From the IMG/VR virus record IMGVR_UViG_3300008114_000011: a stretch of DNA of 64,000 nt; one strand, 5' to 3'. Every line of letters begins with the position of its first letter. Within the stretch, counting starts at the first letter, position 1. The notes beneath the pieces were generated by a model. It saw nothing but the letters and a program-made list of their open reading frames with translations. It searched no databases and had not been told where the DNA came from. Origin of the DNA: a virus (taxonomy: Duplodnaviria; Heunggongvirae; Uroviricota; Caudoviricetes). Of the stretch, positions 56,025-64,000 are shown piece by piece. The position numbers and the translations under genes are program-made.

Positions 56025-57749
56025 ATGAAAAGAATATTATTTTTACTAACACTATTATTATCATTTAGTTCATTAGCAACTAATTATTATATTAGTTCAA
56101 CCGGAAACAATACAAACAATGGAACATCATCTATTACACCAAAATTAACATTAGCAAACGTTTTCAGCACCTATAATTTAGGTTCTAATGATACTATTTT
56201 CGTTGAAGCAGGAACTTATTCTGAGACAGGTATTACTGTTGGTACTGATGATGAAGGTTTTGTAATTTCTGGTGCGGCTTTATCATCTGGTGTACCTACA
56301 TCTATTTTTGATGCAGGTAGTACCGCAAGATGGTTATTGTTAAATAACACAAATAATGATAATATCACAATCACTAAATTAATTATAAAGGATCATAAAA
56401 ATTCTGATGGAGGTGATCCAGGAGGTGGTGGAGCAATTAAAATAATTGCTGGATGTACAGGATTTAAAGCAACTTATTGTCAGTTTGATAATTGTGATAC
56501 AAGAACTGCCTCTTTACATCACCGAGGTGGTGTTATTTATTCTGCTGAGGGAATAACCATCGATTATTGTACTTTCAAAAATTGTAATGCTGAATATTAT
56601 GGTGGTGCTATTTCAATAGAATTATCACCAACATCATCATCATCAATAAAACATTCAATTTTTTATTCAAATACCGCTACTAATTACGGAGGTGCTATAT
56701 TCTTTGGTGTTGGATCTACCTCTACTCTAACATTAGAAAACTGTTTATTTTATGAAAATAATACATCATCAGGAGAGGCTGTTATTGTTGCTATGAATAC
56801 ATATAGTACATTAAATATTATGAACTGTACTATAACTGCTAATGGTAATGCTTCTGTTGGAACTGGAGGTGTTTTGGCTTTATCATCAGCTAAAATAAAT
56901 TTAATAAATACAATTATTTATAATAATTTAGGTAATACTTTCAATGATGTTTATAATAATGCCGCTACCGTTAACATGACAAATTGTTGTTATGGAAATT
57001 CAGCTGAGATAAAATCAGCTACATCAAATACATCACCGTTAATATCAAATCCACTATTCACAAATAGTGCTAGTGATGATTATACACTTTCTGGTACATC
57101 ACCTTGTATAGATTGGGGAACAACAACCGGAGCACCAACTGATGATTTGAGACATTATAGTCGTATTGGTAATCCAGATGTTGGATGTTATGAATCAAAT
57201 GGTATTGCTTTACCAATTGAGTTGATTTACTTTAAAGTTAAATTTGAAGATGGTGTTGTTAAATTAAGATGGTCAACAGCATCAGAACACAATAATGATT
57301 ATTTCACAATTGAAAAGTCAAAAGATGGTTTAGATTATGATATAGTTACAACTCTACCAGGTGCTGGTAATTCAACTCAAAGAATAAACTATCAAGCAAT
57401 TGATCGAAATATTGAAACTGGAATAACTTACTATCGATTAAAACAAACTGATTATAATGGTGATTATAAAAGAACAGATTGGGAGTCTATATTAATTCAA
57501 TTAAATATTGAGAACTTAACGGTTTATCCAAATCCAATTACAAATGAAATAAATGTTTCTTTACATTCATCTTTTAGTAAGGTTGAAGACTTATTGATAT
57601 ATGATTTAACCGGTAAACAATTTTATAAAAAATCATTAGATTTACAATTAGGTGATAATTATTTTGATGTAGAGTTACCACAACTTTCTAAAGGTCTTTA
57701 CATACTACAAATAGGTGATAAGAAACTTAAACTTGAATATAATGATTAA
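56025..57749 (+). CDS. secreted right-handed beta-helix (pectin-lyase-fold) protein with T9SS C-terminal sorting domain
   Basis: signal peptide; Gly/Asn/Thr-rich beta-helix repeats; C-terminal ~80 aa match Por secretion-system CTD (..LTVYPNPITNEINVS..LYILQIGDKKLKLEY). Confidence 0.7.
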   Translation: MKRILFLLTLLLSFSSLATNYYISSTGNNTNNGTSSITPKLTLANVFSTYNLGSNDTIFVEAGTYSETGITVGTDDEGFVISGAALSSGVPTSIFDAGSTARWLLLNNTNNDNITITKLIIKDHKNSDGGDPGGGGAIKIIAGCTGFKATYCQFDNCDTRTASLHHRGGVIYSAEGITIDYCTFKNCNAEYYGGAISIELSPTSSSSIKHSIFYSNTATNYGGAIFFGVGSTSTLTLENCLFYENNTSSGEAVIVAMNTYSTLNIMNCTITANGNASVGTGGVLALSSAKINLINTIIYNNLGNTFNDVYNNAATVNMTNCCYGNSAEIKSATSNTSPLISNPLFTNSASDDYTLSGTSPCIDWGTTTGAPTDDLRHYSRIGNPDVGCYESNGIALPIELIYFKVKFEDGVVKLRWSTASEHNNDYFTIEKSKDGLDYDIVTTLPGAGNSTQRINYQAIDRNIETGITYYRLKQTDYNGDYKRTDWESILIQLNIENLTVYPNPITNEINVSLHSSFSKVEDLLIYDLTGKQFYKKSLDLQLGDNYFDVELPQLSKGLYILQIGDKKLKLEYND

Positions 57750-58476
57750 ACAAAAATTAGACGAATACTTAGAGTTTGATTCATCTTTGTTATTTGGTGA
57801 TGATACTTTCATCACTAATGAATTAAAAGATCGTGGAATAATTTATAATAAGTTAGTTAGAGTTTTTGGTGGAGCTTTAAGAGATATTATAGCCGGTCAA
57901 AAAATCAATGATGTGGATATATTAATTGGTACTAAATCAATGAATTTTGTTGATAAAGTATTAGTTGAGAATGGATATATTTATCATGAAAATTTAGCAC
58001 CTAAAGATCTATCATCTGTTTATGATATGAATATGGTTATATCTGAACCCTATTCTTATGTTAAAGGAACTAAAGTGGTTCAACTTATAAGACCAAGAGT
58101 TATGTCTGTTGAAAGACCATCCGATGTTACTCAAGATTTATACACGCAAACGTTTATTGATTTGATTGCTAATGTTGATATTAGTTGTTGTGGTATATCT
58201 TATGATGGTAAAAACTTATATCAAAACTATCCAGGTGCTATTTCACATGCTAAACATAGAAAGTTTCTTGTAAATAACTTAGCTAAAATGTATAATCAAA
58301 AAAGAATTAGTTCTAGAAGATGGAAGCTGATAAATAGAGGTTGGGAAGAGTTGAATGGAGTTGCTGATTATAGAGATTTTAAAATAGATGCTATTTTTGA
58401 TATCGAAAATTTTGAATATATAGATGAATCAAAAACCATAAATAAAAAGAAGAATAAAGAGTTCGATTTGTGGTAA
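57742..58476 (+). CDS. nucleotidyltransferase, CCA-adding/poly(A) polymerase head-domain family
   Basis: VFGGALRDIIAGQKINDVDILIG matches GGxVRDxLLG..DxDI (ORF-track start is GTG at 57715). Confidence 0.5.
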   Translation: MIKQKLDEYLEFDSSLLFGDDTFITNELKDRGIIYNKLVRVFGGALRDIIAGQKINDVDILIGTKSMNFVDKVLVENGYIYHENLAPKDLSSVYDMNMVISEPYSYVKGTKVVQLIRPRVMSVERPSDVTQDLYTQTFIDLIANVDISCCGISYDGKNLYQNYPGAISHAKHRKFLVNNLAKMYNQKRISSRRWKLINRGWEELNGVADYRDFKIDAIFDIENFEYIDESKTINKKKNKEFDLW

Positions 58477-58499
58477 TAAAAATAAAAAATAAAAAATAA

Positions 58500-59033
58500 A
58501 TGAGAAAACCCTTTAAGAGAGTAGAACCAAAAAGAAAACACAAAATTAATTTAGAAATAACATCAAGTGATGTTAGATTGATTGGTAATGGAGAACCAAT
58601 CGTTATTTCTAGAAATGAAGCTATTAGAATGGCTGAAGCAGAGGAAAAAGATTTGATTATGATTAATGAAAATCAAACTCCACCTATTGTTAGAATTGAG
58701 GACTACAACAAATTTCTTTATAATCAAGAAAAGATTGAGAAAGAGAAAAAGAAAAATGCTGTTAAATCCTCTTTAAAAGAAATACAATTATCGGTTAATA
58801 TATCAGATCATGATTTAGAAACTAAATCTAAAAAAGGTAGAGAGTTTTTAAGTGACGGTGATAAAGTAAAAGTTGTTATCTCTTTAAAAGGTAGAGAGAA
58901 AGCATCTCCAGAAAGAGGTGAGTTAGTTATGTTAAAATTTGCTCAATCCGTTGAAGAGTTTGGTACACCAGAGGCACTTCCTAAATTAGAATCCGGAAAG
59001 TGGTTAATGATTTTGAAATGTAAAAAGAAATAA
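58500..59033 (+). CDS. infC: translation initiation factor IF-3 homolog
   Basis: near full-length collinear match to bacterial IF3: VRLIG..GE..IS..EA...AEE...DL+.I.....PP+.RI.DY.KFLY...K...K.K......KEI......D..D...K......FL..G.KVK....+GRE.......++.......F........K.EG+..+M+L. Confidence 0.85.
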   Translation: MRKPFKRVEPKRKHKINLEITSSDVRLIGNGEPIVISRNEAIRMAEAEEKDLIMINENQTPPIVRIEDYNKFLYNQEKIEKEKKKNAVKSSLKEIQLSVNISDHDLETKSKKGREFLSDGDKVKVVISLKGREKASPERGELVMLKFAQSVEEFGTPEALPKLESGKWLMILKCKKK

Positions 59034-59136
59034 CTATCTTCACTTTATGAAGAAAACCATTCTAATATTAGGATTTTTTTTAGGAGCTATTGCCGGTATG
59101 ATAGCTTATAAATTAGAAAAACTATTCAAATGAGTA

Positions 59137-61158
59137 TTAAACCCATTTATCATTTTTTCTTTTAAGAAGTTTATCTCCTTCTAATTTATAAAACTTATAT
59201 TTTTTATCAATAGAAGTTATAACATAATATTTATCTGGTCCTAATTCCTTATATCTTTTCATATTACCAGTTACCTTAACACCATCCACTTCACCACCCA
59301 TTTGTTTGGCATAAGCCCATTTAATATAGTGTGGATCAACGTGTCTCGATCTTAATTTATCTTGTTCAATTGATGTTTCTAATGTAGATAATAAGTGAAT
59401 AAAAACTATTTCATATCCATTCTCTCTTGCTAAATCAAATATATCCTTAATGTGTTCATAACCAGTATCAGTATATTCTTTACCAGCACCGGTTGTATCA
59501 TAGATAAAGTTTTGACCAGTTTTCATAAAACCTTTCATCTTCATTAAGTTTAATTCAGACGCATTTTTTGTTCTACCACCTTCTTCTTTTTCTTTTCCTT
59601 TATAATAAACATTTGGATCTTTTGTGTAAAGAAGTGAAATATCATCAGTTGAGAAGTCTTTAATGTTTGTATTTTTTGTATGTAAATAATTATTCACAAA
59701 GTGTGAATTATGTAGTATTGTTGGTAAGTTACCACCTATGAAGTTATGATGTTTATCTAAGACTATATCATAAACATAATCATTATGTTCTATTGTTGAT
59801 ATATTAGTTATTTTATCAAAAAATAAGTTATTGTGATGATTAATATATGTTTCTGGTATATAAACATTATTCTCATTTAAAAAATTACATATTTTATTAA
59901 AACGTTTTTTCGTTATTACTCTTCTATATTTATAACTTCTAGTAAATCTATATCCAGTTTCATCTTCTGGTATAAATTCGGTAATAAAAAATAAAAAAAC
60001 AAATTTAAATAATAAGGATTTTTTATCATATATAGTCAGGGTAACAAGTGATGATTTTAATTTATTTGGAGAAATATTAAATAAATATATTAGATGTAGT
60101 AGAAAAAAAATTAAACCAATTGAAAAAACTAATACAAATATTGGTGGATTTATACCAAATGATGACATGGTGGAATTAATTTATAATAATAAATTAAACA
60201 TTAAAAGTGCATAAGATAAATCAGTAGCCATTTCATATGACGATGTGTAATATTCAACTCTATTTTCAAATACAGAACCATCACAAGATAAATAACTACC
60301 TAAGAAATGTTTTAATGATTCACTGTTTGATATTATATCATCCGGAATTCTAACTTTATGTGATTTGTTGCCAAAAATATAATCACCACATATTTCAGAA
60401 ATATTTGAAATAAAATCATATTTATCTTTTTTAAATCTTCGATTTCCTAATTTAATATCATCTGAATATTGAACACTATGTCTTATTTTTTTAGATTTTA
60501 CTGTTAATATTTTATTTTCTTTTTCGACACATTTTCTAAAATCATCTATTATATCAATATCTATATTTGTTAGTGTTAGAAATTTACTATTTTTATTTTT
60601 TATAAAATTACCATCACTTAACGAATAACCAATAATCCTTGATAATTCATTACTTATTTTTGATTTATTATTAAAAGTGTTATTTATTATTCTAGGTCTG
60701 GCTAACTTATCATCTATTGTTATTTCTGATGATTTTTTCCAAATAATATCACCGTTTTTTTCTAAAACTAATAATGGGTGTATAGGTGTAACTTTTATAT
60801 CAACACCCGTTTGTGTTTTTATATTTATTAACTTTTCTGAATAGCCTCTATATAAACTCGAAATCTCATTTTCCACAAACTCACCACTATCATTTAATGA
60901 TTTAACATATAAGTTTTTAACAGGAATATTTATTTCACCAATTTTTGATTCGGTGTTATAGTTATCTATCAATTTACCAATTTTAGTCATTTTATTATTC
61001 ACTAAAATGGGTGTATTATATTCTAAGCACTTTCCAATACCGGGAGCACCGATTAGGAAAACAGCTAATCCTTTTTCTTTATCTAATATTTCTGGAATTG
61101 GTTCATTCTTTGACCATTCTTCTTTTATGTAATTGAAAAATTCTTTTATATATCTCAT
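59137..61158 (-). CDS. P-loop kinase-like gene interrupted by a LAGLIDADG intein; intein reading frame contains an in-frame TAA (60181-60183)
   Basis: Walker A GAPGIGK|C-LEYNTPI (intein start) ... VYDIVLDKHHNFIGGNLPTILHN|S (intein end), restoring GAPGIGKS. Confidence 0.6.
59707..61029 (-). mobile_element. intein with LAGLIDADG homing-endonuclease domain (~441 codons)
   Basis: blocks A (CLEYNTPI), C (RIIGYSLSDGNF), E (HFLGSYLSCDGSV), F/G (VYDIVLDKHHNF..ILHN). Confidence 0.65.
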
Positions 61159-62276
61159 ACTAATCTATTTATTTTAGTTTCAATTCCTTTTCTTTTCAAA
61201 AAGATGTGACCATCTCCACAAACATCACAGATTCCATTGTAACTTGAGAAACATTCACCATCACATTCATAACATTGATCATCACCACCATCCGTTTCAT
61301 GTAACCAATTACAATTCTTAGATGGTAAGTTTGATAACTTTTTACCTTTTAAGAAACAAAGTGTATCAATGAATGGATATTTATTGAAGTTTGATTTTTC
61401 TAATTTGACAGATATTTCGCCAAAAAATTCCTTATTATCATATAAAAAACAAACATTTGTTTCCGTATGACTATTCATTTTCTGTTTATATAAAAATTTA
61501 TTCTCATTAGCAAAATTTTTAAACTTTATAACATCAGAATCATTATTTACATAAACTCTATCCATAAAATATTTAGCATCACAAGGTGACTTTTTTAGTT
61601 TCCAAACTAAAGCTCGACCACAAATTTGATCAGTTTCTTTATTGTGTAGAATTAAAAGACCAACTTTATTATCATTCTCCACATATAGTTTTAATTTACC
61701 CCTAGCATCACCCATACAAGATCCTCCTAAAGTCCCATTAGTGTTTAAGTAATTAGATGTGTTATAATATTTGATAATATCATCACCTTTAACAATTTTA
61801 AACTGCCATTTATCATTTATTTCTAATGATTTATATGCGTTCACAAAGTCTTCAACATCTTTATCGGTTAAATTAAAATTAATAGATTTTGAACTTTGTA
61901 TCATAGACACAATAGATCTCAAAACTCTACCAATTTTCATTTCAGATCTCCCTAATGTGTATGGCAAATCTGGATCTTCATCATTATCCCAATCTTTAGG
62001 AACTTTATCATTCATAGTGAAACTAACCATATCAACTCGATTGGTAGTATCAAAAAAGTTTTGAGTTATTGAATCATCTTTTAATTGATGAAATGGATCT
62101 GCTTTTCTATTTAAGAATTCATCAATGATTTTAGAAATATCACCCACTCTACCAGATTGTCTAGATAATTCGGAAATCTTTCTATGAAATTCGGATGTCG
62201 AATATAAATACCCCTCTAATAAGATGACTAAATCATTATTTAATTTTTCTAAAATAAATTGGTTATACTTTCTCAT
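61155..62276 (-). CDS. hypothetical protein, paralog of 51948..53663 N-domain with short Cys-rich tail
   Basis: GGSCMGDARG..GRALVWK..FMDRVYV..KYPFIDTLC; tail CYECDGEC..CDVCGDG. Confidence 0.55.
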   Translation of the reverse strand: MRKYNQFILEKLNNDLVILLEGYLYSTSEFHRKISELSRQSGRVGDISKIIDEFLNRKADPFHQLKDDSITQNFFDTTNRVDMVSFTMNDKVPKDWDNDEDPDLPYTLGRSEMKIGRVLRSIVSMIQSSKSINFNLTDKDVEDFVNAYKSLEINDKWQFKIVKGDDIIKYYNTSNYLNTNGTLGGSCMGDARGKLKLYVENDNKVGLLILHNKETDQICGRALVWKLKKSPCDAKYFMDRVYVNNDSDVIKFKNFANENKFLYKQKMNSHTETNVCFLYDNKEFFGEISVKLEKSNFNKYPFIDTLCFLKGKKLSNLPSKNCNWLHETDGGDDQCYECDGECFSSYNGICDVCGDGHIFLKRKGIETKINRLV

Positions 62277-62294
62277 TTCTTATATATTTAATCT

Positions 62295-62906
62295 TTATCT
62301 TTTAATTCTTTTAATAGCACCTTTTATAACAGATTTATGATCAAATGCCATATCAACAATAGTTTCACCACTATAACTAACATCAATCCAATCACATTCA
62401 TCAGCATCATCAGCCGCGGATGTTTCAGGTATATCACTTAAAATAACTGAGAAAGCATAAGAAATACAATTCTTATTTCTTGGATCTCTCCACGGTTCAT
62501 TGAATACATCAATAAATCTCAAATATCTTTTAGGTACTTTTAAACTTGTTTCTTCTTCCAACTCACGAATAGCAGCATCTATTGGTTCTTCACCTTCGTC
62601 AATGTTCCCACCAGGACAAGCCCACTTGCCTTTAAATGGATCTTTATTTCTTAGAATTGCCAACATCTTATAATTTGAGCCAGTATCAACTAAAATAACT
62701 AAATCGACACAAGACATACCCGTATCAACTATCATATCACCATTCAATCTAAAAACATATGTATAACCTTTCTTTATTTGATTTATAGAATTATTTACAA
62801 AATTTCCAGAAGTTGTATAAACTTTACGATCTTTTATATCTAGAACCTTAACAGGTCCAAACCAATCACTCGAATTAAATTGGTTATAAGTTTTAATTTT
62901 TAACAT
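62295..62906 (-). CDS. Nudix hydrolase (ADP-ribose pyrophosphatase-like)
   Basis: Nudix box GGNIDEGEEPIDAAIRELEEETSL. Confidence 0.75.
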   Translation of the reverse strand: MLKIKTYNQFNSSDWFGPVKVLDIKDRKVYTTSGNFVNNSINQIKKGYTYVFRLNGDMIVDTGMSCVDLVILVDTGSNYKMLAILRNKDPFKGKWACPGGNIDEGEEPIDAAIRELEEETSLKVPKRYLRFIDVFNEPWRDPRNKNCISYAFSVILSDIPETSAADDADECDWIDVSYSGETIVDMAFDHKSVIKGAIKRIKR

Positions 62907-62949
62907 AATGTATATATAAAATATTAAAAAAATTTTTTAATTTTGTAGA

Positions 62950-63375
62950 ATGAATTTAGATAGTTTAAGAGATTGGCTTGACTCAGAAGAAGGTCAACAA
63001 AGTATTATTGAGTTTGGTGAAAAACTCAAAAGAAAAAGAGAAAGACAAGAAAGATATACTCAATATATCCATGATAACTTCAGAGATAATCTCGATGAAC
63101 TTATTCAAAAGATTTATGATAAGTATAGTTCTGATAAGTATCGTGATCGTGAATATAGTTTAGGTAGAGAACCTATGGAAGTTCTTTACTGGACACTACT
63201 TGAGTATTCTAAAGAATATGGTGTAGAGTTTACTGAACAAGAGTATGAAGATTATTCTTGTATGTTTACCGGTGAAATGTATTACTTAGGTGATTGGGTA
63301 TTTGAGGTTCTTCACGGACAAGGATCTTGTGTAGAAGTTTATAAAAAAGACCAATTAAAAAGAAACTCTCAATAA
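62950..63375 (+). CDS. hypothetical acidic protein
   Basis: ORF. Confidence 0.4.
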   Translation: MNLDSLRDWLDSEEGQQSIIEFGEKLKRKRERQERYTQYIHDNFRDNLDELIQKIYDKYSSDKYRDREYSLGREPMEVLYWTLLEYSKEYGVEFTEQEYEDYSCMFTGEMYYLGDWVFEVLHGQGSCVEVYKKDQLKRNSQ

Positions 63376-63392
63376 TTATTGAGAGTTTTTCT
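63361..63392. terminator. palindromic hairpin between convergent genes
   Basis: AAACTCTCAATAAT/ATTATTGAGAGTTT perfect palindrome then TTT. Confidence 0.45.
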
Positions 63393-63954
63393 TTGTTAGG
63401 TTTTCAATATCTTTTAAAATTGATTGTTGCCAAGGAATATCACCACCTATATAAGGTATAACAACGTCCAGGTCTTCGTTTATAGGTAATTCAGTAATAT
63501 CATCATTATCTAAGTTGAATATATTTAATATATTTTCTTTATATTTCTCCTTAAACTCGTTTATATTATCACCTGTATATTCATAAATAGGATAAGCATC
63601 AATTCTTGAGTATCCAAGAGATTTTAAATCTTTATGAATAAATATCTTATCCAACTTAAATGCTGATCTTTTAACATTATACTTTTGTTTAATCTCTTCC
63701 GCGAGTTTCTTAGTTCTTGTATCATAATCATCATCTAACTTAATAACACAACTATCATTTTCTATTTCTCTTAATAAAACTTGAGAAGCCCACTCACCAA
63801 TATTTAAATTTAATTCACTACAATACTTTTTAATAGTAGAATGAGTTTTACCAGGTATTGTAATCGTTTTTGGTTTATTTTTTTCTCTCAATTCTTTTTC
63901 CATTTGCTTAACCTTCTTCTTCATTTCGATTAAGTCTTCTTCTGTAAAGTCCAT
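63376..63954 (-). CDS. hypothetical protein
   Basis: ORF. Confidence 0.45.
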   Translation of the reverse strand: MDFTEEDLIEMKKKVKQMEKELREKNKPKTITIPGKTHSTIKKYCSELNLNIGEWASQVLLREIENDSCVIKLDDDYDTRTKKLAEEIKQKYNVKRSAFKLDKIFIHKDLKSLGYSRIDAYPIYEYTGDNINEFKEKYKENILNIFNLDNDDITELPINEDLDVVIPYIGGDIPWQQSILKDIENLTKKNSQ

Positions 63955-64000
63955 ATAATTATTTTTATTTTTAATTATATATATAATAATTATCTCTCCC

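Noticed and set aside
59990-60180. Treating ORF 59137..60168 N-terminus (MSSFGINPPIFVLVFSIGLIFF...) as a separate membrane protein
   Set aside because: It is in the same frame as the upstream intein ORF, separated only by one TAA, and its downstream end carries intein blocks F/G. It is part of the interrupted intein, not an independent gene.
1-64000. Possibility of a CRISPR array
   Set aside because: No regularly spaced direct repeats with unique spacers. The 26-nt repeats are irregularly spaced (0.05-2.5 kb apart) and occur in both orientations.

Overview
The window is AT-rich (roughly 28-30% GC by eye), densely packed and mostly plus-strand. It looks like part of a large (jumbo-type) bacteriophage or phage-like element of a Bacteroidetes host. 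Host evidence is a recurring TAnnTTTG -7 promoter box upstream of genes and one protein with a T9SS C-terminal sorting domain. Phage evidence is two GIY-YIG/NUMOD3 homing endonucleases, an HNH endonuclease, a T5orf172-like protein, a LAGLIDADG intein inside a P-loop kinase, a cluster of tRNA-like genes, a T4 Dnk-like dNMP kinase and a phage-type tyrosine recombinase. Recognisable functions are an NAD-reconstitution module (NAMPT, a Prs-like phosphoribosyl-pyrophosphokinase, a Nudix hydrolase), a bacterial-type PARG macrodomain protein, an IF3 (infC) homolog, a CCA/poly(A)-type nucleotidyltransferase head domain, an SPFH/band-7 protein, a GNAT acetyltransferase and two HAD phosphatases. The most unusual signal is about 45 small, mostly tandem and translationally coupled genes (ATGA stop/start overlaps) whose otherwise divergent products all end in a conserved C-terminal tail, roughly W-R-[DE]-x-K-L-x-E-L-G-I-stop. 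A second set of about 10 unrelated, mostly minus-strand genes shares an N-terminal decapeptide close to MKYLKLFENF. Some family members are strongly GC-enriched relative to their neighbours, and there are recombination scars and decayed family remnants. A 26-nt GC-cored inverted-repeat element (TACTAAAATCCGCACGTTTTTTAGTA) occurs 8 times in both orientations between 20.2 and 26.4 kb and delimits small gene cassettes. A second promoter-like repeat occurs at 27.6-29.7 kb, and GC-richer non-coding stretches there may be structured RNAs. All functional calls rest on motif recognition by eye; no database search was possible.
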